In this document: positions 51,192 through 61,284 of the stretch, in pieces
Layout: every line of letters starts with the position of its first letter
Numbering within the stretch: position 1 is the first letter of the stretch
NCBI GenBank assembly: GCA_963744995.1
Contig: CAVUWA010000009.1
Location: 288,001 to 352,000 of the forward strand
Length of the DNA: 64,000 nt
Reading direction: 5' to 3'
From: Candidatus Eiseniibacteriota bacterium
GTDB lineage: Bacteria > Eisenbacteria > RBG-16-71-46
Program-made: the position numbers and the translations under genes
Notes under the pieces: model-generated
The model's database searches: none
What the model saw: the letters and a program-made list of their open reading frames with translations, nothing else
Told to the model about the DNA's origin: nothing

Positions 51192-53599
51192 CTGCGTTTC
51201 CTGCTGTTCGTGCTGCTGACGCTGGGCCCGGGGACGATCGCTGTCGCGACCGCCCGGGCCCAGTCCGTTTCGAGCGCCGAGGCGCCGGAGCTGTCGCCCG
51301 CGCCGGTGGATTCGCTGGAGGCGCGCGAGTTGCGCGTCGGTCGAATCTCGGTCGCCGGCAACCATACGACCGACCGCGAGCGCATCATCCGCTCGTTCGG
51401 CGTGCGCCCGGACTCCCGCTACCTCGCCGACGTGGTGCGCCGCGGCATCCGGCAGCTGTTCGGCCTCGGCCTGTTCGACGACGTGTGGGTCGAGCAGACC
51501 GAGCGCCCGGGCTTCGTCGACCTGGTGATCCACGTGAAGGAGCGCCCGCGCATCACGAAGATCGAGTTCGCCGGCAACCGCAAGCGCGAGGACTCCGACC
51601 TGGAGAAGAAGCAGGTGCTGCGGCCGGGGGAGGTCTATTCGGCCTCGGCGGTGCAGGCGCAGGTCGACTCCCTGGTCAAGTACTACAAGGACGAGGGTTT
51701 CGCCCAGGTCCACATCGACGCGGTGAAGGACACCACCGGCGGGCAGCTGGCGGTGCGGTTCGTGATCCGCGAGGGCGAGCGGGTGCGCATCACGGCGATC
51801 GACTTCGTCGGCAACCGCGCGTTCACCGACAAGCAGCTGCGCAAGCACCTCAAGACCAAGAAACGGGGATTCTTCGGCGGCGGCCACGTGAAGGAGGAGG
51901 AGTTCCCGGAGAACAGGACCAAGCTCGAGCGCTTCTACCACACCCGCGGCTACAAGGACGCGCACCTCGTCGACCAGAAGCTGCTGCCGACCGACGATCC
52001 GCGCAATCTCACCCTCCGGATCCAGGTCGAGGAAGGACCGGTCTACTACTTCGGCAAGGCCACGTTTACGGGGAACTCCATCGTGCCGGACGCCGACCTC
52101 GACAGGATGTGGTCCCCCGAACCCGGCGACGTCTACGACATCAGCAAGATCGAAAAGACCAACGGCGACGCGTATTCCGAGTACGCCGAACGCGGTTACC
52201 TGTACGTCAACATCGATCCGAAGGAGACGGTGCGCGACTCGACCGTGGACATCGACTTCGCGGTGACCGAGGGGCGGCCCTCGCACGTGCGCTACGTCGA
52301 GATCTCCGGCAACCGCGGCACGCGCGAGAAGGTGATCCGCCGCGAGATCGACATCCACGAGGGCGACCGCTTCCGGCGTTCGTCGCTGGTGCGGACCCAG
52401 GGCGACATCTTCCGCCTCGGCCTGTTCGAGGACGTGCAGGTCGACTTCGCGCCGGCCGAGAGCACCGACGTCGACATCCGGCTCAAGGTCAAGGAGAAGC
52501 AGGTCGGCACGGCGTCGGCGGGGGCGGGCTACACCAGCGAGAGCGGCCTCACCGGGTTCCTCGAGCTCGGCCACAACAACGTGCTCGGCAACGGCCAGAG
52601 CCTGGCCATGCACCTCGAGCGCGGCAGCCAGCGCGAGGACTACTCGCTGAGCTTCACCGAGCCATGGTTCCATGACACGCCCACGCTGCTCGGCTTCTCG
52701 CTGTTCAACAGCTCGATCGACCGCGATCTGTTCCGGGAGCGGCGCAAGGGCGGTTCCGGGCGCATCGGAAGGCCGCTGGCGTGGCCCGACTACTCGCGCG
52801 GCTCGATCAGCTACCGGCTCGAGGACGTGCGCCTCGACTCGCTCGGGACGCTGAACCCCGCGGACCGCCTCGCCCTCGGCGGCCTGGTGTTCGGCCGGGA
52901 TCAGCTCACCAGCAGCGTGACGCTGAACTTCCTGCGCAACTCCGCGGACAATCCGTTCTACCCGACGCGCGGCACGCGCCTGCAGATCGAGGACGAGTTC
53001 GCGGGCGGGCCGTTCGGCGGCCACGTGAACTTCCACAAGCACCGGATCGAAGGGCGCTGGTACGTGAAGACGCCCCTGATCGGCGTGTTCACCACCATGT
53101 TCCGCGGCCGCATCGGGATGCTCGGCGAGTACGGCGACCAGAACGTGACCCGTGTGCCGGACTACGAGCGCTTCCGGCTCGGCGGCGGCACCACGGTCGA
53201 CCCGCTGCGCGGCTACGACGACTATCAGGTGGTGCCGGAGAAGTTCATCTTCAAGATCGTGACCCCCGCCGCCTATGACACGGCAGGCACGCTGATCTCG
53301 AAGGAGCGTACGCAGACCGTCCGCTATCCCGGCGGCCGCTACATGTCGCGTCTGGACGATGGAGCAGCAGTTTCCCATTGTTCACCCGCTTCACGGTGTG
53401 CTCTTCTTCGACGCGGGCAACACGTGGGACCTGTTCGAAGGAGATCCGGCCGTTGGACCTGAAGGTGGGCGCCGGGCTGGGCTTCCGGCTCGAGATCCCG
53501 CTGCTCGGCAACATCGGGTTCGACTACGGCTACGGGTTCAACCGCGACGACGGAGCGAGATGGGCCGGGCACTTCCTCATCGGGAACACGGGCTTCTAG
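51192..53599 (+). CDS. bamA: outer membrane protein assembly factor BamA (two apparent +1 frameshifts near the 3' end; start uncertain)
   Basis: Signal peptide, POTRA repeats, SLSFTEPW, LRGYDD, FFDAGNTW, FDYGYG, terminal Phe; C-terminus split over three frames. Confidence 0.92.
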
Positions 53600-53602
53600 A
53601 GC

Positions 53603-54154
53603 ATGGCCACCCGCGCATGGGGCACCGGCCTCGCGGCCGCGCTGCTGGCCTTCGCGCTCGGCGCCTCGCCCGCGGCCGCCCAGCAGGTCCGCTTCGGCTA
53701 CATTGACTCCGCGCGCATCTTCCGGGAATTTACCGACGCGAAGGAGGCCCAGGAACGCTTCGACCGGCAGGTGCAGGGCTGGCGCAGCGAGGCCGCCGAG
53801 AAGGAGAAGGAGGTGGCCGACCTGCGCAAGGAAGTGCAGGACCAGGGCCCGATCCTGTCTTCGATCAAACGCCAGGAGCGCGAAGCCGCGCTGCAGCGCG
53901 CGATCAGCGACTACGAACGGTTCATCCAGGAGATCTGGGGTCCCAACGGGCGCGCCGCGACCGAGAACAGCAACATGACGGCCGGCATCGTCGAGAAGAT
54001 CCGCTCCGCGGTGGAGAAGGTCGCGGGAGACCGCGCGCTGAACCTCGTGCTGGATTCGTCCTCGGGGTTCCTGATCTACGCGGACCCGTCGTTCGATCTC
54101 ACCAGCGACGTTCTGGAGGAGCTCAAGAACCAGTCCGGCGTCGGGGCCGGATAG
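53603..54154 (+). CDS. skp: OmpH/Skp periplasmic chaperone
   Basis: Signal peptide, RFGYIDS, coiled coil, LVLD...YADPSFDLTSDVL; between bamA and lpxD. Confidence 0.9.
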   Translation: MATRAWGTGLAAALLAFALGASPAAAQQVRFGYIDSARIFREFTDAKEAQERFDRQVQGWRSEAAEKEKEVADLRKEVQDQGPILSSIKRQEREAALQRAISDYERFIQEIWGPNGRAATENSNMTAGIVEKIRSAVEKVAGDRALNLVLDSSSGFLIYADPSFDLTSDVLEELKNQSGVGAG

Positions 54155-54167
54155 GAAGGCCGAACCC

Positions 54168-55217
54168 ATGTTGACGCGTACGCTGCGTGAACTCGCGGAC
54201 GAGCTCGGCGGCGAGCTGGTCGGCGACGGCGCGATCGCCATTCACGGCGTGGCGGGGATCCGCGAAGCGGAGCCCGGCGACATCACGTTCCTCGCCAATT
54301 CCCGCTACGAGAACTACCTCGACGAGACCCGCGCCTCGGCGGTGATCGTCTCGCGCGCACCGCGCGCCTGCCGCGTGCCGCTCATTCAGGTCGACAACCC
54401 CTACCTCGCCTACCAGAAGCTGGTGCGCGTGTTCCGGCCGGAGCTGCCGCGCCAGGCGGCCGGCATCCATCCGAGCGCGATGGTGGCCGACGGCGCCGAG
54501 ATCGGCGCCAACGCCTCCATCGGCGCGTACTGCGTGATCGAGTCCGGCGCGCGCATCGGCGCCGACACCGTGCTGATGCCGGGCTGCTACGTCGGCCACC
54601 AGGTGGGGATCGGCTCGAATTGCTTTCTCTACGCGCGGGTGACGATCCGCGAGGACTGCGTGATCGGCGACCGCTGCATCCTGCAGCCGGGCGTCGTGAT
54701 CGGCAGCGACGGCTTCGGCTTCGCCTTCGACGCCGGGAAGTACCACAAGGTGCCGCAGGTCGGGAACGTCGTGATCGGCAATGACGTCGAGGTCGGCGCC
54801 AACACGACGATCGACCGGGCCACGACGCACAGCACGATCATCGGCGACGGCAGCAAGATCGACAATCTGGTGCAGATCGGTCACAACGTCATCATCGGCA
54901 AACACTGCATCGTCGTCGCGCAGGTCGGGATCTCGGGAAGCACCGAGCTCGAGGATTATGTGACGGTCGGCGGGCAGGCGGGACTGGTCGGACACATCAA
55001 AGTCGGCGCGCGCGCCATGATCGGCGCGCAGAGCGGCGTCCCGCGCTCGGTGGATGCGGACACCATCGTGACCGGTTACCCGGCGATGCCGCACTCGGCG
55101 TGGAAGCGCCTGCAGGCGTTCATCCACCGCCTGCCGCAGCTGTTCCAGCGCACCAAGCAGATCGAGGGGCGGCTCGAGAAGCTGGAAAAGCAGACCGAGC
55201 GTGAGGAAGTGCGTTGA
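54168..55217 (+). CDS. lpxD: UDP-3-O-acylglucosamine N-acyltransferase
   Basis: Hexapeptide repeats, GSDGFGF, ANTTIDR, KIDNLVQIGHN. Confidence 0.96.
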   Translation: MLTRTLRELADELGGELVGDGAIAIHGVAGIREAEPGDITFLANSRYENYLDETRASAVIVSRAPRACRVPLIQVDNPYLAYQKLVRVFRPELPRQAAGIHPSAMVADGAEIGANASIGAYCVIESGARIGADTVLMPGCYVGHQVGIGSNCFLYARVTIREDCVIGDRCILQPGVVIGSDGFGFAFDAGKYHKVPQVGNVVIGNDVEVGANTTIDRATTHSTIIGDGSKIDNLVQIGHNVIIGKHCIVVAQVGISGSTELEDYVTVGGQAGLVGHIKVGARAMIGAQSGVPRSVDADTIVTGYPAMPHSAWKRLQAFIHRLPQLFQRTKQIEGRLEKLEKQTEREEVR

Positions 55218-56536
55218 GCGGCGGCTTGCAGCACACCCTCACCCGCCCCGTTTCGATCGCCGGCGTCGGCCTGCACACCGGCGAGGCCGGCGAGATCCGC
55301 TTCCTGCCGGCGGACGCCGGCTCGGGCGTACGCTTCGTGCGCACCGACCTGCCCGGACGTCCCACCGTGCGCGTGCGGCCGGAGAACGCGCGCTTCGATC
55401 CGGAAGCCGGGCGCCGCACGATCCTCGAAGAGGACGGCGTCCAGATCCATACGATGGAACACGTGCTGGCGGCGGTCGCCGGGCTGGGCATCGACAACGT
55501 GCTCATCGAAACCGGCACGCTCGAGATTCCGGAGCCGGCCGACGGCAGCGCGGCGCCGATCGTCGCGGCGCTGCAGGAGGCCGGCCGCACCGAGCAGGAC
55601 CGGCCGCGGCGCTACATCAAGGTCACCAAGCCGGTCGAGTGGACCGACGGCAACGTGCGGCTGTCCGCGGTGCCGTTCCAGGGCTTTCGCCTCACCTTCG
55701 TCATCGAATACGACCATCCGCTGATCGGCATGCAGTGCATGACCTTCGACGTCGGCGCCGAGGCCTTCGTGAAGGACGTGGCGCCGGCGCGCACGTTCGT
55801 GCTGGAGCGCGACGTCGAGGCGCTGCGCCAGGCGGGCTGGATCAAGGGTGGCCGGCTGGAGAACGCGGTGGTCGTCGGCAAGGACCGGATCCTCAACGAT
55901 TCGCCGCTGCGCTTCCCCGACGAATTCGTTCGGCACAAGCTGCTGGACCTGCTCGGCGACCTGTCGCTGCTCGGCGGCCCGATGATCGGCCACGTGACCG
56001 CGCAGCGCAGCGGCCACCAGAGTCACGTCGCCTTCGTCAAGCACCTCAAGGAGTCGCTGCCGCTGCCCGGGCGGCGGCCGTTCGGGCCGCCCGACGAGTG
56101 GGACATCACCTCGATCATGGAGATCCTGCCGCACCGCTATCCGTTCCTGCTGGTGGACCGGATCCTGAACATCGTCGAGGGCCAGAGCATCGAGGGAGTC
56201 AAGAACGTCACCATCAACGAGCCGTTCTTCGAGGGGCACTTCCCCGGGCACCCGATCATGCCGGCCGTGCTGATCCTCGAGGCGATGGCGCAGGTGGGCG
56301 GGATGCTGCTGCTGAACTCCGTGGACGATCCCAACGACAAGCTCATGTACTTCATGGGCATCGACAAGGCCAAGTTCCGCCGGCCGGTGACGCCCGGCGA
56401 CCGGCTGCACTTCAAGCTGACGCTGCTCAAGCTGCGCAAGGGCACGTCGAAGATGCGCGGCGAGGCGTTCGTCGACGATCAGCTGGTGGCCGAGGCGGAG
56501 CTGATGGCGACCGTCGTGGACCGGCGGCCGTCGTGA
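55214..56536 (+). CDS. lpxC: bifunctional LpxC/FabZ fusion
   Basis: GVGLHTG, TMEHVL, RHKLLDLLGD, then LPHRYPFLLVD, EPFFEGHFP, EAMAQ. Confidence 0.95.
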   Translation: MSGGLQHTLTRPVSIAGVGLHTGEAGEIRFLPADAGSGVRFVRTDLPGRPTVRVRPENARFDPEAGRRTILEEDGVQIHTMEHVLAAVAGLGIDNVLIETGTLEIPEPADGSAAPIVAALQEAGRTEQDRPRRYIKVTKPVEWTDGNVRLSAVPFQGFRLTFVIEYDHPLIGMQCMTFDVGAEAFVKDVAPARTFVLERDVEALRQAGWIKGGRLENAVVVGKDRILNDSPLRFPDEFVRHKLLDLLGDLSLLGGPMIGHVTAQRSGHQSHVAFVKHLKESLPLPGRRPFGPPDEWDITSIMEILPHRYPFLLVDRILNIVEGQSIEGVKNVTINEPFFEGHFPGHPIMPAVLILEAMAQVGGMLLLNSVDDPNDKLMYFMGIDKAKFRRPVTPGDRLHFKLTLLKLRKGTSKMRGEAFVDDQLVAEAELMATVVDRRPS

Positions 56537-57312
56537 GCGCGACGCTGATCCATCCAGCCGCGTTCGTCGACGAGCGCGCCCGGCTCGGCGAGGGCGTCAC
56601 GATCGGGCCGGGCGCGGTGATCGGCCCCGACGTTCAGGTCGGCGACGGCACCCACGTCGGCAGTCACACGCTGCTCACCGGCCATACGACGATCGGTCGC
56701 GAGTGCCGCATCCACCACGGCGCGGTGCTCGGCTCGCCGCCCCAGGACCTCAAGTTCCGCGGCGAAAAGAGCTTTCTGGAGATCGGCGATCACACCGAGG
56801 TGCGCGAGTACGTCACCGCCAACGTCGCCAGCGAGGAGGGCGCCACGACGCGGGTCGGCGCGCGCTGCCTGCTCATGGCCTACGCCCACATCGCCCACAA
56901 CTGCGAGCTCGGCGATCAGGTGATCGTCGCCAACGCGGTGCAGTTCGCCGGCTACGTGACGGTGGACGACTGGGCGATCGTCGGCGGCGGCACCGTCGTG
57001 CATCAGTTCGTCCGCATCGGCCGCCACTGCATGATCGGCGGCGGCTCGCGGATCTCGCAGGATGTCGCGCCGTTCGTGAAGCTGGCCGGCAGCCCGCCGC
57101 GGCTCGCGGGGGTGAACCGGATCGGACTCGAGCGGCGTCGTTTCGCGAGTGCCACGATCGACGCGCTGGAGCGCGCCTACCGCGTGGTGTTTCGCGAAGG
57201 ACTCACGGTCGGTGAGGCTGCCGCGCGGTTGCGGGAGGCGTTCCCCGGCGTGCCCGAGATCGAGCACTTCGCGCGCTTCGCCGAGACCTCGGTGCGCGGC
57301 CTGACCCGGTAG
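56533..57312 (+). CDS. lpxA: acyl-ACP-UDP-N-acetylglucosamine acyltransferase
   Basis: IHPAA, PQDLKF, MAYAHIAHNC, VHQFVRIG; GTGA overlap. Confidence 0.95.
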   Translation: MSATLIHPAAFVDERARLGEGVTIGPGAVIGPDVQVGDGTHVGSHTLLTGHTTIGRECRIHHGAVLGSPPQDLKFRGEKSFLEIGDHTEVREYVTANVASEEGATTRVGARCLLMAYAHIAHNCELGDQVIVANAVQFAGYVTVDDWAIVGGGTVVHQFVRIGRHCMIGGGSRISQDVAPFVKLAGSPPRLAGVNRIGLERRRFASATIDALERAYRVVFREGLTVGEAAARLREAFPGVPEIEHFARFAETSVRGLTR

Positions 57313-57321
57313 GAGGCGGAC

Positions 57322-58317
57322 ATGGAACCGGTGCGTGTCGGCGTCTGGGGCGTCGGCGTCTGGGGCGAAAAACACGCGCGCGTCTACCACGCGATTCCGG
57401 AAGCGGAACTGGTCGGCGTGTTCGACCAGGATGGCGCGCGCGCGCAGGCGGCGGTCGAGGCGTACGGCGGCCGCGCGTTCGAGAGTCCGGAGGCGCTGCT
57501 GGCCGAGTGCGAGGCCGTCTCGGTGGCCGTTCCCACGGTGGCCCATCGGGAGGCCGCGGAGCGGGCGCTCGCCGCGGGGCGGCACGTGCTGGTCGAGAAG
57601 CCGATGGCGCCCTCGGTCGCCGATGCGGAGGCGATGATCGCCGCGGCGGCGCGCGCCGGAACGACGCTGCAGGTCGGCCACGTCGAGCGCTTCAATCCCG
57701 CCTGGCTGGCGGCGCGCTCGCACGTCGACCGGCCCAAGTTCATCGAGGCGCACCGGCTCGCCCTGTTCCAGCCGCGCTCGCTCGACGTGGACGTCGTGTT
57801 CGATCTCATGATTCACGACCTGGATCTGGTGCTCGACACGGTGCGCGCGCCGCTCGCGCACGTCTCCGCGGTCGGCGTCGCGGTGCTCTCCAGGAACGAG
57901 GACATCGCCAACGCGCGGCTCGAGTTCGAGGACGGCTGCGTGGCGAACCTCACCGCGAGCCGCGTGTCGCAGGATCGCCTGCGGCGGATCCGTTTCTTCC
58001 AGGCCGACAGCTATCTGTCGGTGGATCTGTTCGCGCGCGCCGGCGACCATCTGCGCATGCGCCGCTCGCCGGCGCCGGGCGCGGGGGGCGGCCTCGCCGC
58101 GCTCGCCGGCATGTTCGAGCGGCGGACGCTCGAGGTCGCCGCAGGCGAGCCGCTCTCGCTCGAACTGGCCGCGTTCCTGCGCTCGCTCAGCGGCGCGGGC
58201 GGCGGCGCGGCGCCCGCGATGGCCGGGCGCGACGCGCTGCGCGTGGCCGAGCAGGTGCGCGAGGCCATGAAGCAGCGCTCGCAGCTGTGGGCCGCGAACC
58301 CGACCGCCGCTTCCTGA
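57322..58317 (+). CDS. Gfo/Idh/MocA oxidoreductase, GnnA-like
   Basis: GVGVWG, VLVEKP, QVGHVERFNP, DLMIHDLD, DIANARL, TASRVS; between lpxA and lpxB. Confidence 0.8.
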   Translation: MEPVRVGVWGVGVWGEKHARVYHAIPEAELVGVFDQDGARAQAAVEAYGGRAFESPEALLAECEAVSVAVPTVAHREAAERALAAGRHVLVEKPMAPSVADAEAMIAAAARAGTTLQVGHVERFNPAWLAARSHVDRPKFIEAHRLALFQPRSLDVDVVFDLMIHDLDLVLDTVRAPLAHVSAVGVAVLSRNEDIANARLEFEDGCVANLTASRVSQDRLRRIRFFQADSYLSVDLFARAGDHLRMRRSPAPGAGGGLAALAGMFERRTLEVAAGEPLSLELAAFLRSLSGAGGGAAPAMAGRDALRVAEQVREAMKQRSQLWAANPTAAS

Positions 58318-59411
58318 TCGTCGTCGGCGAAGCCTCCGGCGACCGCCACGCCGCGCGTCTGGTGCGCGCGCTGCGGACGCTGGGGCCGTGCACGTTCCGC
58401 GGGGTGGCGGGGCCCGCGCTGCGCGCCGCAGGCGTCGGCGAAGTGGTGCCGATGGAGTCGCTGGCGGTGATCGGCTTTTCCGGGATCCTCGCGCGGCTGC
58501 CGGCGATCCTCGCTGCGCGCGCGAAGCTGCTTGGCGAGCTGCAGCGCTTCCGGCCGCACGCGGTGGTGCTGGTGGACTACCCGGGCTTCAACCTGCGGCT
58601 CGGGCCGCAGATGAAGGCGCGCGGCGGCCGGATCTTCTACTACATCGCGCCCCAGGTGTGGGCGTGGCACCCGGAGCGCGCGCAGGCGATGGCGCGGTGG
58701 GTGGACGCGCTGGCCGTGGTGTTCCGCTTCGAAGTGCCGATCTTCGAGGCGGCCGGCGTGCACACGCACTTCGTCGGCCATCCGCTGGTGGACGAGCTGG
58801 AGGTCGAGACGGACGAAGCGGCGCTGCGCGCGGCTCTGGGTGCGGCCGACGGGCGGCCGCTCCTGGGCCTGCTGCCCGGCAGCCGCAGGCAGGAGCTGCA
58901 GCGGCACCTGCAGCCGCTGATCGAGGTCGCGCGGAGGGTGCGGGCCGTGCGCCCGGAGGTGCTGCCGGTGCTGGCGCTCGCGCCCGGGCTCGATGCCGGC
59001 GTGCCGGCGGACGCGGGGATCGCCGTGGTGCGGGGCCGCACCCACGCCGTGCAGGCGTTCGCTACCGCATGCGTGGTCGCCTCGGGCACCGCGACGCTCG
59101 AGACCGCGCTGTTCGGCACCCCGCTCGCCATCGTGTACCGGGTCGGCATGCTCAACTATCTGATCGCGCGGCGGTTGATCCGGATCGCGCGGATCGGCCT
59201 GCCGAACATCGTGTGTGGCGAGGAGGTCGCGCCGGAGTTCGTGCAGAGCGACTTCAGGCCTGGAGCGGTGGCGCAGGCGGTCCTGCCCTGGCTCACGGAT
59301 CCCGTGGCGCGCGCGGCGCAGTCGGCGCGGCTGGCGCGGGTGCGCGAGGCACTGGGCGGCGAGGGAGCGTCGCTGCGCGCGGCGCGGGCGCTGTGGACGC
59401 TGGCGTCGTGA
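58287..59411 (+). CDS. lpxB: lipid-A-disaccharide synthase
   Basis: GEASGD, DYPGFNL, PQVWAW, FVGHPL, LLPGSR, ASGTATLE. Confidence 0.95.
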   Translation: MGREPDRRFLIVVGEASGDRHAARLVRALRTLGPCTFRGVAGPALRAAGVGEVVPMESLAVIGFSGILARLPAILAARAKLLGELQRFRPHAVVLVDYPGFNLRLGPQMKARGGRIFYYIAPQVWAWHPERAQAMARWVDALAVVFRFEVPIFEAAGVHTHFVGHPLVDELEVETDEAALRAALGAADGRPLLGLLPGSRRQELQRHLQPLIEVARRVRAVRPEVLPVLALAPGLDAGVPADAGIAVVRGRTHAVQAFATACVVASGTATLETALFGTPLAIVYRVGMLNYLIARRLIRIARIGLPNIVCGEEVAPEFVQSDFRPGAVAQAVLPWLTDPVARAAQSARLARVREALGGEGASLRAARALWTLAS

Positions 59412-60049
59412 GACGCCATCCGTGGTGGATCGCTCCTGCGGCCACCCTCGGCGCCTGGCTGATGTGGGCGTGGGGGCGGACATGGCGGGTCGAGCGGGTG
59501 CGCGAGGCGGCCTTCACGGAGCCGGTGATCTATGCGTTCTGGCACGCGCGCATGCTGCCGCTCGTCTGGGCGCATCGGGGCGGGGGCGCGGCGGTCCTGG
59601 TCAGCCGGCATGCCGACGGCGAGCTGATCGCGCGGCTCATCGAGCGGCTCGGTTTCGTGACGGCGCGCGGATCGAGCACGCGTGGAGGAGAGGAGGGCCT
59701 GCGGGAGATGGTGGCGCGTCTCGAGGAGGGGCGCGCGGCGGGCGTCACGCCCGACGGGCCGCGCGGCCCCGCGCGCGTGGCGAAGAGCGGCGTCGCCTAC
59801 CTCGCCGGCCGCACCGGCAGGCTGGTGGTGCCGCTCGGCGCCGCCGCCGCCCGCGGCCGGACGCTCGGCTCCTGGGACGGTTTCCGCGTGCCCGCGCCGT
59901 TCACGCGCGTGGTGCTCGTCTACGGCGCGCCGCTGCGCGTGCCGCCGGCGCCGGATGCCGCGACCCTCGCCGAGTGGAGCCAGCGCATCGGCGCCGCGAT
60001 CGACGCCGTCACCGCGCGTGCGGATGCCATGGCCGGAGCGCGCCCGTGA
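59408..60049 (+). CDS. DUF374 / lysophospholipid-acyltransferase-like protein
   Basis: AFWH, VSRHADGE, RGSSTRGG, TPDGPRGP, SWDGFRVP. Confidence 0.85.
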   Translation: MRRHPWWIAPAATLGAWLMWAWGRTWRVERVREAAFTEPVIYAFWHARMLPLVWAHRGGGAAVLVSRHADGELIARLIERLGFVTARGSSTRGGEEGLREMVARLEEGRAAGVTPDGPRGPARVAKSGVAYLAGRTGRLVVPLGAAAARGRTLGSWDGFRVPAPFTRVVLVYGAPLRVPPAPDAATLAEWSQRIGAAIDAVTARADAMAGARP

Positions 60050-61284
60050 GCCTGGCATGGACGCTCTACCGGCTCGCGGCGCCATGGGCCGGACGCCTGA
60101 GCCCGCTGGCCCGTCCGTTCCTGCCGGCGGAAGAGCGCGCCCTCTGGCCCGAGCGCCGCGGGCTGGGGCCGCCCGCGCCCGCCGACGTCTGGATGCACGC
60201 CGCCTCGATGGGCGAAACGGGCGCGGTCCGTCCGCTGCTCGACGCGTTCCGCGCCTCCCGGCCCGGGGTGCGCGTCCACGCGACCGCGACCACCCGCTCG
60301 GGGCGCGCGCGGCTCGCCGGGTTCGGGCTCGATGCCACCCTCGCGCCGCTCGACGATCCGGATTCGACCGGGCGCTTCTTCGAGCGGATCCGGCCGCAGC
60401 GCGTGGTGATCCTCGAGACCGAACTCTGGCCGCACTGGCTGATCGAAGCGGCGCGCCGCGGCGTGCCGGTGGCGTTCGTGAGCGCGCGGCTCTCGGCGCG
60501 CTCGCTCCGCGGCTACCTGCGTCTCGGCCGCCCGCTCGCGCGCCTCGCCGCGGGGCTCGCCGCCGTCCTCTGCCAGAGCGCGGCCGACGCGCGGCGCTGG
60601 CTTGAGCTCGGTGCGCCCGAGGCGCGCTGCACGGTGATCGGTAATCTGAAGAACGACGCGCTCCCCGTGCCCGGGGACGTGCGCGCGCAGCGGCGCGAGC
60701 TGGGCTTCGATCCCGAGCGCCCGCTGCTGGTGCTCGGCAGCCTGCGTCCGGGCGAGGCGGCGGCGCTCGCGCCCGCGTGGCACGCGCTGCCCGCGGCGGT
60801 GCGGGCGCGCTGGCAGGTGGCGGTCGTCCCGCGCCACCCCGACGCGGCCGCCGCGCTCATGCGCGAGGCGGCCGCCGCCGGGCTGCCCGCGGGGGAGGGC
60901 GGCGGCGCCGGGTGGCGCTGGGATACGCGCCTGGGGGTGCTGCGCGATTACTACGCGGCGGCCGACGTCGCCTTCGTCGGCGGCAGCCTCGCGCGCTTCG
61001 GCGGGCATCATCCGCTGGAGCCGGCGGCCGCCGGCGCGGCGGTCGCGGTCGGCCCGCACACGGAGAGCCAGGCGGAGGCCGTGCGCGCGCTCCGGGCGGC
61101 GGAGGCCCTGCCGCCGATCGGTGATGCGCAGGCGGCGCGCGACTTCCTGACCCTGCTGCTCGTGGACGACGCCGAACGGGCGCGCCGGGCCGCTGCCGCG
61201 ACGGCGGCGGCCGGCGCGGCGCGCGGCGCCACCCGGCGGGCCATGGCCGAGCTCGGCCGGCTCGGTTTCTGGCCGATCGCATGA
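60046..61284 (+). CDS. waaA: Kdo transferase
   Basis: WMHAASMGE, ETELWP, ARLS, GNLK, AFVGGSL, GGHHPLEPA. Confidence 0.93.
   Translation: MSLAWTLYRLAAPWAGRLSPLARPFLPAEERALWPERRGLGPPAPADVWMHAASMGETGAVRPLLDAFRASRPGVRVHATATTRSGRARLAGFGLDATLAPLDDPDSTGRFFERIRPQRVVILETELWPHWLIEAARRGVPVAFVSARLSARSLRGYLRLGRPLARLAAGLAAVLCQSAADARRWLELGAPEARCTVIGNLKNDALPVPGDVRAQRRELGFDPERPLLVLGSLRPGEAAALAPAWHALPAAVRARWQVAVVPRHPDAAAALMREAAAAGLPAGEGGGAGWRWDTRLGVLRDYYAAADVAFVGGSLARFGGHHPLEPAAAGAAVAVGPHTESQAEAVRALRAAEALPPIGDAQAARDFLTLLLVDDAERARRAAAATAAAGAARGATRRAMAELGRLGFWPIA

Noticed and set aside
55214..56536. LpxC-FabZ fusion as a novelty
   Set aside because: Well-known fusion in Bacteroidota and related phyla.
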